From Spirochaetia bacterium (GTDB lineage Bacteria; Spirochaetota; Spirochaetia; UBA9216), in NCBI GenBank assembly GCA_965140585.1, contig OZ223267.1, forward strand, positions 1 through 64,000: a stretch of DNA of 64,000 nt, in the 5' to 3' direction. Positions 9,706-20,130 of this stretch are shown one piece after another. Positions within the stretch are counted from its first letter, which is position 1, and each line of letters opens with the position of its first letter. Both the position numbers and the translations under genes were made by a program. The notes below the pieces were generated by a model. That model saw only the letters and a list, made by a program, of their open reading frames with translations, ran no database searches and was not told the DNA's origin.

Positions 9706-10928
9706 CTCTCATCTCCTTCCGGAAGTTTTTCATTTAAAGTGGCTGAAACGGTTCCGTCATGGAAGCGTATTGCGGCATTACAACAGGCTTCCGCTTCATC
9801 AGCACTGAGAATTGTTTTTCCGCTTTCTGCATCAGTCACTATCGCAAATCCGCGTTCCAGTATTGACTGAGGCGATACAGCCTTCAGCTCTCTTAGCGCC
9901 GAGTCAAGCTGATAGCGTTTTTCGGTGACCGTCCTGCTGAAGCTGTTAAGCAGTCCTTCCTTTAGATCATCGAATCGGGCCAGTACCGGCTGTATCATGA
10001 TAAAGAAGGTTTCTTCAATATTTTTACCGGTATATCGCTCAAGCATAAGCCTGATTCTCTCATTCCGGTTGCCTATTTCTGAAATAAGGTTATCAGAAAT
10101 TGTCTGTATCCTTCTTAAAATATCGTCCCTGCCGGAGCTTACAATTTCAGCGGCTGCCGATGGGGTAGGAGCTGAGACATCCGCTGCAAAGTCGGATAGC
10201 GATGTGTCAATTTCATGTCCGACGGCTGAAATTACCGGGGTGTCCGATTCGGCTATAGCTCTAACTACGCATTCCTCTGAGAAGGGCAGAAGATCTTCCA
10301 GCGAACCACCGCCTCTTCCGGTTATAATAACATCAGCCATCCGGTGCCGGTCAGCGTATCGTATTTGTGCTGCTATCTTTTCGGCGGCCTCTTCACCCTG
10401 AACGGGGGCAGGCAGGATGACTATATCAAGACCTGGATTGCGTCGCCTTGTAACCCTGAGTATATCCTTTACAGCTGCACCTGTAGGAGAGGTGATGACC
10501 GCAATCTTTGAGGGGAATACCGGCAGGGGCTTCTTGAGTTCCCTGTCGAAAAGGCCTTCCTCCGCAAGCTTTCTCTTGCGTTTCTCCAGCATCGCAAGGA
10601 TATCGCCTTCTCCTGCTTTCTCAATACTGTCGCAGATTATCTGGTATGAGCCGCGAAGGGCATAAACAGATATATTGCCTGTAACATTCACAAGCATTCC
10701 GTCTGAAGGTTTAAAAGGCAGGGCTGAATACCTGCCTCTGAACATGACAGCGCTTATCATCGCATCTTTGTCTTTCAGGGTGAAATAAAGATGTCCTGTA
10801 CTCGATGGCCTGCAGTTGGATATTTCTCCGCTGATTCGGACTTCCCTGAATCCTGTTTCAAGAACTTCCTTAATAAGCGAGGTTATCTCAGATACGCTGA
10901 ATATTTTATCATTAAATCCGGGCATCAT
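9702..10928 (-). CDS. xseA: Exodeoxyribonuclease VII large subunit
   Basis: GEISN..STGHLYFTLKD, ITSPTGAAVKD, GRGGGSLEDL, SAVGHEID, APTPSAAAE. Confidence 0.97.
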   Translation of the reverse strand: MMPGFNDKIFSVSEITSLIKEVLETGFREVRISGEISNCRPSSTGHLYFTLKDKDAMISAVMFRGRYSALPFKPSDGMLVNVTGNISVYALRGSYQIICDSIEKAGEGDILAMLEKRKRKLAEEGLFDRELKKPLPVFPSKIAVITSPTGAAVKDILRVTRRRNPGLDIVILPAPVQGEEAAEKIAAQIRYADRHRMADVIITGRGGGSLEDLLPFSEECVVRAIAESDTPVISAVGHEIDTSLSDFAADVSAPTPSAAAEIVSSGRDDILRRIQTISDNLISEIGNRNERIRLMLERYTGKNIEETFFIMIQPVLARFDDLKEGLLNSFSRTVTEKRYQLDSALRELKAVSPQSILERGFAIVTDAESGKTILSADEAEACCNAAIRFHDGTVSATLNEKLPEGDER

Positions 10929-11002
10929 ACTGCGGAACAGAATACTATTTTACAATGAGGTGTTCAACAGATAAGTTATCTGCACGACTGTGCAAGTTGT
11001 CA

Positions 11003-11030
11003 TAAAATGGATTATAATTTATGTCGATAA
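11003..11030 (+). promoter_or_regulatory. sigma28 (FliA)-like promoter of the spiro-SPASM operon
   Basis: TAAA-N16-GTCGATAA, 7 nt before ATG 11038. The same motif recurs before 7 other genes. Confidence 0.55.
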
Positions 11031-11037
11031 TCAGACT

Positions 11038-12573
11038 ATGAGAAATATTGTAATTGTAAACACGTTGTTTATTACAGAATATGCTTTTAAGGAACTCCTC
11101 CCGGGAAAAACTTCGCTCGATTTGGGGTTCGAAACCGCACTGAAGATTTCCGAATGTTCTTCAAGGGTAATCCTCGCAGAGGAGGGAACTGATACTTCAT
11201 CATTTCCCGATGGGTTTGAAATCGCTGCTGCTGACAAGAGCTCTGTCACCTCACTGATAAAAACTTTAACCGATCTTTCGTCCGGGTTTGATAATATCTT
11301 TTATCTGCATGCCGACTGTCCGCTGATTGATTTAAAGCTGGCGGAAAATATGTATGCCAATCACTTAAAATATTTCGCTGAATACACCTTCGCCGACGGA
11401 TATCCTGCCGGTTTAAGTCTTGAGATAATAAAATCTTCGATATTGCCGGCTCTTGAGACAATATCGCTTAAACATGAGATTGTTCCCGGTCGGAAGGCTC
11501 TTTTTTCCGTTATAGAAAAGGAAATTAACAGCTTTGATCTGGAAACTCAAATATCGCCAGAGGATATGCGTCTTTACCGAATCAACCTTTTCCCCGATAC
11601 AAAGAGGAATTTTATTCTGCTGCAGAAGATGATAGGCCTTATAGGCAGCATGGATGTTGATGCTGAGCTCCCTTTTTCCGATAAAGTTTCTGAGAAACGT
11701 GTGCTTGATATTATCAGAGAGCACGGAAGTCTGCTTCGGACCCTGCCCGCTTTCTGCGAAGTTGAAACTACAGCCGGCTCAGCTCAGCAGGTGGCTTATC
11801 TCCCCGATAACGGGACAGTTTTGAAAGACTGCGGCATAACAGAAATGGAAACAGAAAATTTCCGGCTTATTCTTGATAAACTTTCAGCTTTTTCAGGAGA
11901 TATGACAGTAAGCCTGTCGGTCCGGAATGAACCCTCGCAGCATTCAAGAATTGATGAACTGGCCGCCCTGGTTCTGGAAAAAACAGATTTCGGGCTTCTG
12001 ATTGAGACCTCGGGTATAGGCTGGGACGAGCAGAGGCTGAAAAATATACTCAGTATGGACTCCAGCCGGATCACCTGGATAGTTGATCTTGATGCCTTGG
12101 ATCAGAAAATCTATACCTCACTGCGCGGAGGGGGATATAATGAAGCATACCGCACTGCCGAATTCCTTCTTTCTGTTTCGCCGGCCAATACATGGGTTCA
12201 GGCTGTCAGGATGAAGCAGAACGAAGAGGATATAGAGCATTTCTATAAATATTGGAAAGAAAAGACGAATAATGTTATTATTCAGAAATACGACTGGTAC
12301 TGCGGCAGGCTTGAGCAGATGAAAGTCTCTGATCTTTCACCTGTAAAACGTCTTCCCTGCTGGCATATGAAGCGCGATATGATTGTGCTTATTGACGGAA
12401 CCGTCCCTCTATGCCGGGAGGATCTTGAAGCAGGTATTAGTTTCGGGAATATCCTCAACGAGGATATTGAAATTATTTGGAAAAACGGTGCTGCATCTTA
12501 TGAAGAGCAGCTGAGAGGGGAATACCGGGGAATCTGCCTCGAATGTGATGAATACTACACCTTCAATTATTGA
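11038..12573 (+). CDS. Spiro-SPASM protein (cytidylyltransferase-like N-terminus, degenerate radical-SAM core, SPASM domain)
   Basis: YFAEYTFADGYPAGL, KEINSFDLET; CxxxCxxC position reads SAQQVAYLP; C-terminal PCWHMKRD...VPLCRED...CLECDEYYTFNY. Confidence 0.85.
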   Translation: MRNIVIVNTLFITEYAFKELLPGKTSLDLGFETALKISECSSRVILAEEGTDTSSFPDGFEIAAADKSSVTSLIKTLTDLSSGFDNIFYLHADCPLIDLKLAENMYANHLKYFAEYTFADGYPAGLSLEIIKSSILPALETISLKHEIVPGRKALFSVIEKEINSFDLETQISPEDMRLYRINLFPDTKRNFILLQKMIGLIGSMDVDAELPFSDKVSEKRVLDIIREHGSLLRTLPAFCEVETTAGSAQQVAYLPDNGTVLKDCGITEMETENFRLILDKLSAFSGDMTVSLSVRNEPSQHSRIDELAALVLEKTDFGLLIETSGIGWDEQRLKNILSMDSSRITWIVDLDALDQKIYTSLRGGGYNEAYRTAEFLLSVSPANTWVQAVRMKQNEEDIEHFYKYWKEKTNNVIIQKYDWYCGRLEQMKVSDLSPVKRLPCWHMKRDMIVLIDGTVPLCREDLEAGISFGNILNEDIEIIWKNGAASYEEQLRGEYRGICLECDEYYTFNY

Positions 12574-13510
12574 GAAAGTAAACTACACGGTAGTGGGCGG
12601 CCGAAAGGATCCCACCATACGAAAAGGTCCCTCATTTATTTCCATAGTTCTTTTAAGCCGTGGAGGCCGTGTCTTCAGGAATGAAATACTGACTTCTCTG
12701 GTTAAACTTAATGTTTATGAAATAATTACTATTGAAGGTGAAGGCAGCGGATATGATGTCGAATCGCTTTCCGTAAAATTTCCTGAAATAAAATTCGTTA
12801 CACTCCGAAATATCACTACCGAGGGTGAGAAAATCAACATTGGAATAGAGGAAGCTTCATCAAAGTACGTGCTGGTTATGTATGATGATATGGCCCTCCC
12901 TGCCGGCGGTCTTTCTGAAAGGCTCATTGAGCGGATAGCAGATGCAGGCTGCCTGTGCACTGTTCCTCTGCTTCAGTCCAGGAAGCAGCTCACAGTTCCA
13001 ACCATTATAAGTCCCGCTTTTATGAAGAAAAAACTGAAAATTGTTCATCTGCCTCCCTCTGTTGACGGTATGGACAGTCTATTTCCATTTGATTACTGCG
13101 GAATATATGATCGCGACCGTTTTATACAGCTTGGCGGATACGATTCCAGAATTGCTGGAATGTACTGGCAGAAGCTTGATTTCGGTTTCAGAGCCTATAT
13201 GTGGGGAGAGAAAATTCACTGCAGTACATCATTCCGGATAAAATATCTCGATGAAATACCCCAGGAATCAATAACTCCCGATAGAAGCTACAGGTTTTTC
13301 TATCTTAAAAACCTGACCGTAAGGTTCACCGGAGATTCAGGACAGATTCCTGCCGGGCGTTTTCTCCCTTATCATTTCAAGAGCAGCGAGGGCTTCTTCA
13401 CCTCTCTACGTGAGTTCCGTGAAGCCAGAGACTGGGTATACAAAAACCGCTACAGGTTCAGGATGGAAGCCGGAAGTATTACCGAGATCTGGGAGGCTCC
13501 GGAAAATTGA
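12548..13510 (+). CDS. GT2-like glycosyltransferase-fold protein
   Basis: ISIVLL, NIGIEEASSKYVLVMYDD, FIQLGGYD; overlaps the spiro-SPASM stop. Confidence 0.7.
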   Translation: MNTTPSIIEKVNYTVVGGRKDPTIRKGPSFISIVLLSRGGRVFRNEILTSLVKLNVYEIITIEGEGSGYDVESLSVKFPEIKFVTLRNITTEGEKINIGIEEASSKYVLVMYDDMALPAGGLSERLIERIADAGCLCTVPLLQSRKQLTVPTIISPAFMKKKLKIVHLPPSVDGMDSLFPFDYCGIYDRDRFIQLGGYDSRIAGMYWQKLDFGFRAYMWGEKIHCSTSFRIKYLDEIPQESITPDRSYRFFYLKNLTVRFTGDSGQIPAGRFLPYHFKSSEGFFTSLREFREARDWVYKNRYRFRMEAGSITEIWEAPEN

Positions 13511-14193
13511 GTTCTTCCACTGCGGTATTCCTTCAGGCCAGACTTGGATCCTCACGGCTGCCGGGAAAAGCTCTCATGAAAATCTGCGGCAGAACAGTTG
13601 TCGGCCTTGCTATGGACGCCCTTCGTCAGATTAACGCAGACTCTCATGTCCTGCTCACCGAGCCCGGAAGCTTTGAACAGCTTAAACCTGAAGCTGAAAA
13701 ATACGGCTTCAGCATATTCTCAGGTCCTGAAGATGATGTTCTTCTTCGCTTCCGTCAGGCCGCAGACAAATACCGGCCTGATACAATTATCAGGGCTACA
13801 GGCGACAACCCTCTGGTTGACAGCGAAACCGCATTGCTGCTGCTTGAAGAACACATTTCTGCAGATGCCGATTACAGCGGTTTTGACGGTCCTCCTCTGG
13901 GTACGGGCGTCGAGGTCATAAAGACCGCCGCCCTACTGAAGGCTGCAGAAGAAGCTGCAGATCCGTACGAACACGAGCATGTCTGTCCCTACCTGTACAG
14001 GAATCCCGATTTATTTAGAATAAACAGACACAGCGCTCCGGCGGAATTCTGTCTTCCGGGTACGCATGTCACAATAGATACAATAGAAGATTTTAATTTT
14101 ATTACCGGAATCTTTGCTTCCCTTTATAAGGACAGCCCAATAAGTTTGAGAGTTCTTCTTTCATGGCTTGAAACCGGCAGGAGGGTGGTGTGA
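13507..14193 (+). CDS. spsF: SpsF-like cytidylyltransferase (nonulosonate/CMP-sugar activation family)
   Basis: QARLGSSRLPGK, GPEDDVLLRF, IRATGDNPLVD, EHVCPYLY, TIDTIEDF. Confidence 0.85.
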   Translation: MSSSTAVFLQARLGSSRLPGKALMKICGRTVVGLAMDALRQINADSHVLLTEPGSFEQLKPEAEKYGFSIFSGPEDDVLLRFRQAADKYRPDTIIRATGDNPLVDSETALLLLEEHISADADYSGFDGPPLGTGVEVIKTAALLKAAEEAADPYEHEHVCPYLYRNPDLFRINRHSAPAEFCLPGTHVTIDTIEDFNFITGIFASLYKDSPISLRVLLSWLETGRRVV

Positions 14194-16022
14194 ATCCCCC
14201 GAAGCAAACCTCAACAAGTATTCTGCTTATTCCTTCGGTAAGCAGGGGGAACGGTACCGGGCACCTGCGCCGCTGTATCGAACTTGCCGCAAAGTTTCAC
14301 AGACTTCCCGGAATAAAATGCGCGCTCTATACCGGATTGCCGGATCTTGACCGTGAACTGTATACAGATTCAGAGATTAAACAGCTTATCTCGGCTAAAA
14401 AAGCAGAACCTCTGGAAATTATTGACAGTATATATCCGGAAGAATGGGATATATGCATCTTTGATGAAAGACAGACTTCTGCAAAGAAACTGCACAATTT
14501 CAGCGGGAAAACGCTTACCATAGGGATTGATGAAGGCGGAAATGCAAGAGACTATTTTGACTATCTCATAGATATTCTCCCCAACATGGAGCACAGTGAG
14601 CCGAATATTTCATCCGTCGGATTTTTAAACCTTCCCGAACCGTCAAAATCTGTATCTGAGCGTTTTTTTAATCTGAAGTTAGATGACAGAATTCTTATTT
14701 CATTCGGAGGAGAGGACAGGGAAGGACTCTCATTGAAGATGATTTCCATGATTGATGATGCCGGAATTTTTAAACCGGAACAGCTGACAGTTGTAAGGGG
14801 GCCCATGTTTTCAGGCCAATCATTTCCGGAATCGGTCAATGTCCTTGACTGCCCTCCTAACCTGAGAATGCTTATTCCGGAGTATGATCTTGTCGTCACA
14901 AGCTTCGGCATCACATGTTTTGAAGCATTAAACGCCGGAGTTCCGGTGGTACTGTTCAATCCTTCACATTATCACAAGATGCTGTCTGTAAGAGCCGGGA
15001 TTCCCGAGATCGGAGTACTCAATCCTGATGTGAAGCGTCTGGATCATTTTCTTAGGTCTCCTCAGCGGCTGTTAAAAGCCGTTGATGCATGGTCCGGAAA
15101 AAAGCAGATGGACCTTGCTGATTTTATAATCAATCTGGAACATACACCGCGAAATATCTGCCGAACATGCGGGAACGGATACTTGAAAGCCGTAAACCGA
15201 AGTGTCATGAAAACTTATTTTAAATGTCCAAACTGCGGAATTATATCTCTTCAGAATTATGATACGAAAAAGACTGTTTACAATTCTAATTATTTTTTTG
15301 ATGAATACCGTAATCAGTACGGCAGAACATACCTTGAGGATTTTGAAAATATTAGAAGAAGCGGAATTGAGCGTTGCAGATACATAAGAAAACTTACTGC
15401 AGGAGAAAATCTTCTGGACATAGGCTGCGGATACGGCCCTTTTCTTTCAGCAGCTTTTACCGAAGGTTTTCAGCCTTTCGGAGTTGATATCTCCGATGAT
15501 GCTGTTGAGTATATTAATTCTGAGCTCGGGTTCAGGGCCGTCGCAGCACAGGCGGGAAATTTTTCTCCCGGCGACCTCTTTGGAATTGAGGAATTTGATG
15601 CCGTCACAATGTGGTATGTAATTGAGCATATCGAACAGCTTCCGGAACTGTTAAAACATCTTTACCGGATAGTAAAACCCGGCGGAGTCTTTGCATTTTC
15701 AACACCCAGTTATAACGGTATCAGTGCTAGGCGTTCACTTGGCGGGTTCCTTAATACCAGCCCTGCTGATCATTTAACCGTATGGAGTCCGCAGTCATCT
15801 GTGAGATTGTTAAGAAAATACGGGTTTCGTGTACGAAAAATAAAGATACCTGCTCCGCATCCTGAGCGTTTTTTTCATAACCCCGAACATTACTACAAAC
15901 TGATAGCACCTGTCAGATTTATTGTTACAAAGATACTAACAGCTGTCAGCAGATGTTTTCTGCTCGGCGATACATTTGAAGTCTATGCTGTGCGTATCGA
16001 CAGCAGGAAGAGGAAAGGTTAA
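14190..16022 (+). CDS. SpsG/PseG-like GT-B domain fused to zinc ribbon + class I SAM methyltransferase
   Basis: GNGTGHLRRC, ISFGGED, VTSFGITCFEA; CRTC..CPNC; LLDIGCGYGPF, VTMWYVIEH, VKPGGVFAFSTP. Confidence 0.8.
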   Translation: MNPPKQTSTSILLIPSVSRGNGTGHLRRCIELAAKFHRLPGIKCALYTGLPDLDRELYTDSEIKQLISAKKAEPLEIIDSIYPEEWDICIFDERQTSAKKLHNFSGKTLTIGIDEGGNARDYFDYLIDILPNMEHSEPNISSVGFLNLPEPSKSVSERFFNLKLDDRILISFGGEDREGLSLKMISMIDDAGIFKPEQLTVVRGPMFSGQSFPESVNVLDCPPNLRMLIPEYDLVVTSFGITCFEALNAGVPVVLFNPSHYHKMLSVRAGIPEIGVLNPDVKRLDHFLRSPQRLLKAVDAWSGKKQMDLADFIINLEHTPRNICRTCGNGYLKAVNRSVMKTYFKCPNCGIISLQNYDTKKTVYNSNYFFDEYRNQYGRTYLEDFENIRRSGIERCRYIRKLTAGENLLDIGCGYGPFLSAAFTEGFQPFGVDISDDAVEYINSELGFRAVAAQAGNFSPGDLFGIEEFDAVTMWYVIEHIEQLPELLKHLYRIVKPGGVFAFSTPSYNGISARRSLGGFLNTSPADHLTVWSPQSSVRLLRKYGFRVRKIKIPAPHPERFFHNPEHYYKLIAPVRFIVTKILTAVSRCFLLGDTFEVYAVRIDSRKRKG

Positions 16023-16025
16023 TTG

Positions 16026-17543
16026 ATGGACAACAGAAAAATAATGATACTCGGCGGTGGAATCATGCAGATTCCTGCTATAAAATCAGCCTCAGAAATG
16101 GGCTTTCAGGTCCATGTGACAGATATTAATACCGAGGCTCCCGGCATTAAATATGCTGATAGCTTCGCTAAGGTTGATTTGAAGGATCGTGATGCAATAG
16201 CAGAAGAAGCTCTACGGCTTAAGAATGACGGCGGTCTTTCCGCTGTGTTCACTGCAGGAACCGATTTTTCCGCGTCCGTAGCTCTTGCCGCTGAAAAGAC
16301 CCGGCTTACAGGCACTGGATATGATGTCGCCTGCAGGGCCAGCAACAAGGCTTTAATGCGGCAGACATTCTATGATGCCGGTGTTTCGTCTCCGCAGTTC
16401 CGGTCAGTAAAGGATATTGAAACTGCCAGAGAAGCTGTCAAACAGATTGGAGTCCCTCTGGTTTTCAAACCCGTAGACAGTATGGGGGCGAGGGGCGTCG
16501 TGAAAATAACCGATGCTGATGATATGCAGGCTCTTGAAACAGCGTTTGAAAACGCCGTTTCCTCCTCCCTCTCCGGTGAAGTTATAATAGAAGAATATAT
16601 GGACGGGCCTGAGTTCAGCCTTGATGCCCTTGTTTATGATGGTGAGATTACAATCTGCGGTTTTGCCGACCGTCATATTTTTTTCCCCCCATTTTTCATA
16701 GAGATGGGGCATACAATGCCTACCATCTGTCCGGATGATGTTTGCAGAAATGTTACTGAGGTTTTTAAAGCCGGAATAAAAGCCCTCGGAATAATAAACG
16801 GGGCGGCCAAGGGTGATATCAAGTATTCATCAAAAAAAGGGGCTATGGTCGGAGAGATAGCAAACAGACTTTCAGGCGGATTCATGTCCGGCTGGACATT
16901 TCCATATTCCAGCGGCATAAATTTAACAGCTGCTGCAATTCGAATCGCAGCCGGTGAACACCCCGGAAACCTTGAGCCTCTGTATAAACGTGTCTCAGCA
17001 GAGCGGGCAGCCATCTCCATTCCCGGCATTATCAGTTCAATTGAAGGCGAACAGGAGGCTCTTTCCGTTGAAGGGGTTAAGGATGTCTTTATCGCCAGAA
17101 GAAAGGGTGAACGGGTCATTTTTCCCATGAATAACGTACAGAAATGTGCAAACTGTATTTCCGCTCTTGAGAATTACGATGCTGCTGTCCAGGCTGCCGA
17201 AACAGCTGTAAGAAAACTTTTTTTCAGACTTGAGCCAGGTGATTCGGAAACCCGTGATTTTATTTATGGAAGCAGCTGGTCCTGGGTGCCGGATGCCTTC
17301 TCTTTAACAAATGAAAAGAATCTTAGAACAGTTAAGCTGTCCGGAATGCCTGATTTGAGTATGGAAACCTGCAGAGACTGGCATGGAACCATGATCGGTG
17401 ATGCCTTCTCAAGACTAAAAGAAATATGCAGTCCCTCAGATGATGAACTTGATCCTGATTTCTGGCGCTGCTTCCTTCGCGGCGGGATTCAGGGGGGTGT
17501 ATGGGCTATCGATACAAAGCGTGATATAGTCAGAAACAGATGA
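16026..17543 (+). CDS. ATP-grasp domain protein (carboxylate-amine ligase type)
   Basis: ILGGGIMQ, NKALMR, PLVFKPVDSMGARGV, IEEYMDGPEFS, GEIANRLSGG. Confidence 0.85.
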   Translation: MDNRKIMILGGGIMQIPAIKSASEMGFQVHVTDINTEAPGIKYADSFAKVDLKDRDAIAEEALRLKNDGGLSAVFTAGTDFSASVALAAEKTRLTGTGYDVACRASNKALMRQTFYDAGVSSPQFRSVKDIETAREAVKQIGVPLVFKPVDSMGARGVVKITDADDMQALETAFENAVSSSLSGEVIIEEYMDGPEFSLDALVYDGEITICGFADRHIFFPPFFIEMGHTMPTICPDDVCRNVTEVFKAGIKALGIINGAAKGDIKYSSKKGAMVGEIANRLSGGFMSGWTFPYSSGINLTAAAIRIAAGEHPGNLEPLYKRVSAERAAISIPGIISSIEGEQEALSVEGVKDVFIARRKGERVIFPMNNVQKCANCISALENYDAAVQAAETAVRKLFFRLEPGDSETRDFIYGSSWSWVPDAFSLTNEKNLRTVKLSGMPDLSMETCRDWHGTMIGDAFSRLKEICSPSDDELDPDFWRCFLRGGIQGGVWAIDTKRDIVRNR

Positions 17544-18586
17544 AATTCAACAGGTTTGCGTTCCTTCTATTTATAACAGTTATCACAGCAGCATCAGGCC
17601 GTCTTTATGCACAGGACAATACCGGGACAGGTATTGTCAGTATTGCTGAAGAAACCGGAGCTGAATTGAAATTTGATTACTGGAAGGGATTATGGGAGCT
17701 TCAGAAGGGGACAGCTTCCGTCCGTATTGCCTCAGGAGCAACATTTCTGCTTCTTGACTATGAATCTCTGTATTATCCGGTAAGCAGCAGTGTCGCTGAA
17801 AATGGTGAGCTCCTGCTGGACAGTGCCTCAGTACAGCGCATTCGGGACTATTTTGCATCCTACAAAGAGCGTTCAGGTAGGGTAGCCTGCATTGTTCTGG
17901 ATCCTGGACATGGAGGAAAGGACCCGGGCGCCATTGGTTACTATGAGGGATCTGAAGGGAAGATTAGGGTAAATGAAAAGGATGTGGTTCTTGAGATAGC
18001 CCTGCAGACAGAAGCCATGCTGAAACAAAGATTTCCTGAAATAAAAGTCCTGTTGACCAGGGATTACGACTGGTATCCTACTCTTGAGGAACGGACTGAT
18101 TTTGCAAACAGTATTGAATTAAAAGAAAATGATACGATGATCTTCGTCTCACTTCATGCCAATGCTTCATTTAATCCGGCTGCAAAAGGTTTTGAAGTAT
18201 GGTATCTGCCTCCAGAGTATAGAAGGGATTTGATTGATCCTGAAATGTTTTCCGATGTTGATGAGGATGTTCTGCCCATTCTGAACACTATGCTTGAGGA
18301 AGAACTGACAGTTGAAAGTGTGATTCTGGGAGAAAAACTGCTCAAATCGCTTGATACAGAGATTGGCAGCCTTACTGACAACCGCGGTCCGAAAGAGGAA
18401 TCATGGTTTGTGGTCAGAAATGCCAGAATGCCTTCTGTGCTTATAGAGACCGGATTCGTAACAAATCCTGAGGAAGCGGAATTATTATCTACAACAGCTT
18501 ACTTGAAGAAATTGAGTAAGGGTATTTATAATGGTATAAGTGATTTTATAACCGATTTTGAGAATGACCGACGGGGGATCGAGTGA
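17540..18586 (+). CDS. N-acetylmuramoyl-L-alanine amidase (Amidase_3)
   Basis: LDPGHGGKDPGA, EKDVVL, FVSLHANA, PSVLIETGFVTN. Confidence 0.93.
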   Translation: MKFNRFAFLLFITVITAASGRLYAQDNTGTGIVSIAEETGAELKFDYWKGLWELQKGTASVRIASGATFLLLDYESLYYPVSSSVAENGELLLDSASVQRIRDYFASYKERSGRVACIVLDPGHGGKDPGAIGYYEGSEGKIRVNEKDVVLEIALQTEAMLKQRFPEIKVLLTRDYDWYPTLEERTDFANSIELKENDTMIFVSLHANASFNPAAKGFEVWYLPPEYRRDLIDPEMFSDVDEDVLPILNTMLEEELTVESVILGEKLLKSLDTEIGSLTDNRGPKEESWFVVRNARMPSVLIETGFVTNPEEAELLSTTAYLKKLSKGIYNGISDFITDFENDRRGIE

Positions 18587-19050
18587 ATTTTAGAGTATTT
18601 GGGCTATCGAAAAAAAATCTCATTTCTTTAGCTGTTTTTTTAGTTTTTTTTCTTATCTCGCTTGTTTTTATACTTGTTGATGCCGACAGAAGGATAGAGA
18701 GGGTTCTTTTTTTTCCGGATGAAGGCGGAATCAATGTAAGCGGAGAACTCCGGAGACTGCCTGTCAGAGACAGTCTTGAAGGGAATGTAGAGCTGTATAT
18801 CGATGAACTGATATTAGGTCCGAATGATATCGATCGCTACCGGCTGTTCCCTGTAGGAGTCAAGCTTGACAGCCTTATCATTGATAAGGATACGCTTTAT
18901 GCCGGTTTTACCGAGAACCTGATCACTACGGCGGAGACGGTGCCGATGAGTTTTCAGGGAATTACTGATACCGTTAAGAAGGCCGTGGTTTTTAATTTTC
19001 CAGAGTTGAAGGAGGTAAGAATAGCGGTAGGCGGTGAACCGACGGAGTAG
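18583..19050 (+). CDS. GerMN-domain membrane protein
   Basis: N-terminal TM, IDELILGP...LFPVGVKL, terminal FPELKEVRIAVGG. Confidence 0.7.
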   Translation: MNFRVFGLSKKNLISLAVFLVFFLISLVFILVDADRRIERVLFFPDEGGINVSGELRRLPVRDSLEGNVELYIDELILGPNDIDRYRLFPVGVKLDSLIIDKDTLYAGFTENLITTAETVPMSFQGITDTVKKAVVFNFPELKEVRIAVGGEPTE

Positions 19051-19085
19051 GTATGTAAGCGCTTGTGCAAAAAAAATAAAAATCG

Positions 19086-19113
19086 TTGACAAACGGCTTA
19101 CAGTTCGTATAAT
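19086..19113 (+). promoter_or_regulatory. sigma70 promoter of flaA
   Basis: TTGACA-N16-TATAAT, perfect hexamers; AAGGAG RBS downstream. Confidence 0.85.
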
Positions 19114-19153
19114 TTTAAATGACAAAGCAATTAATATGATAAGGAGCAATTAG

Positions 19154-20113
19154 ATGAAACGTTTCGTAATTCTTCTAAGTATAGCGTTGATAATCGCAGC
19201 TTTTCCTGTTTTCGCCGAAGAAACAGTGCTTATAGATTTTGCACAGCTGGCTGGAGATATGGAAGATGGTGAAAATGAAGCTACTTTTATGAATTTCTCA
19301 GACAAGGCAGGCGCTGCTTTTACTGAGGAAGAAAAAGGATTCATGAAAACTTCTCTTGCTATACAGAACTGGGAAGTTGAGCTTGCTTCATCAGCAAAAA
19401 CAGTAACTAACCAGAGATTTTCATATGTACTTCCTGCACCTGTTAAAGACGGTGCAACAAGATACGGCGGAGAGACTGTACTTGGTGTAAGAATACATTT
19501 TCCGGAAGAACCCTATAACTCATGGGCAATCGTTAGACCTCCATTCGACATTCCTGCTTACGAAAGAGTAGATGAGAATGACCTTGTAGGCGTTAAATAC
19601 GACAGCTTTGGTGTTGTAAAGAACGTTGGTGTTCTTAAGAGTGTCACAGTTAACATTCTTGGTAAGAACTTTCCTAACGGTTTTGGAATCATTCTTGAAG
19701 ATCAGAACTACCAGGAAAAGAATATTTTCATGAGTTTTCTTGATTTTGACGGATGGAAAACCATTACATGGAATAACCCCAACTACATTGAGGATGTAAG
19801 AGACAGAGAACTCAGAAAAGTACCTCTGTACCCCAATGCTACTCCTCTCTACAAGATTGCCGGTATAGTATTCTACAAAGATGCTGCACAGACCGGTGGC
19901 GACTTTATCAGCTATGTTAAAGATGTAACTCTTACATACGATAAAGCCTTCCTTAATCTTCAGACTGACATTGATGATGAACAGCTCTGGGGAATTCTTG
20001 GAGACAGAGAAGAAGCCAGAAGGAATCTTGAGTACGAAAGACTTGGCAACAAGCAGGTTCTCAGATATCTTGAAAGGCAGAAAATGCATTCTGATGTAAC
20101 AACTGAAGAATAA
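19154..20113 (+). CDS. flaA: Periplasmic flagellar filament sheath protein FlaA
   Basis: Signal peptide then EETVLIDFAQL; MKTSLAIQNWEVEL, LGVRIHFP, GVVKNVGVLKS, LDFDGWK, RKVPLYP. Confidence 0.95.
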   Translation: MKRFVILLSIALIIAAFPVFAEETVLIDFAQLAGDMEDGENEATFMNFSDKAGAAFTEEEKGFMKTSLAIQNWEVELASSAKTVTNQRFSYVLPAPVKDGATRYGGETVLGVRIHFPEEPYNSWAIVRPPFDIPAYERVDENDLVGVKYDSFGVVKNVGVLKSVTVNILGKNFPNGFGIILEDQNYQEKNIFMSFLDFDGWKTITWNNPNYIEDVRDRELRKVPLYPNATPLYKIAGIVFYKDAAQTGGDFISYVKDVTLTYDKAFLNLQTDIDDEQLWGILGDREEARRNLEYERLGNKQVLRYLERQKMHSDVTTEE

Positions 20114-20130
20114 GAAACAGTTAAATATAC

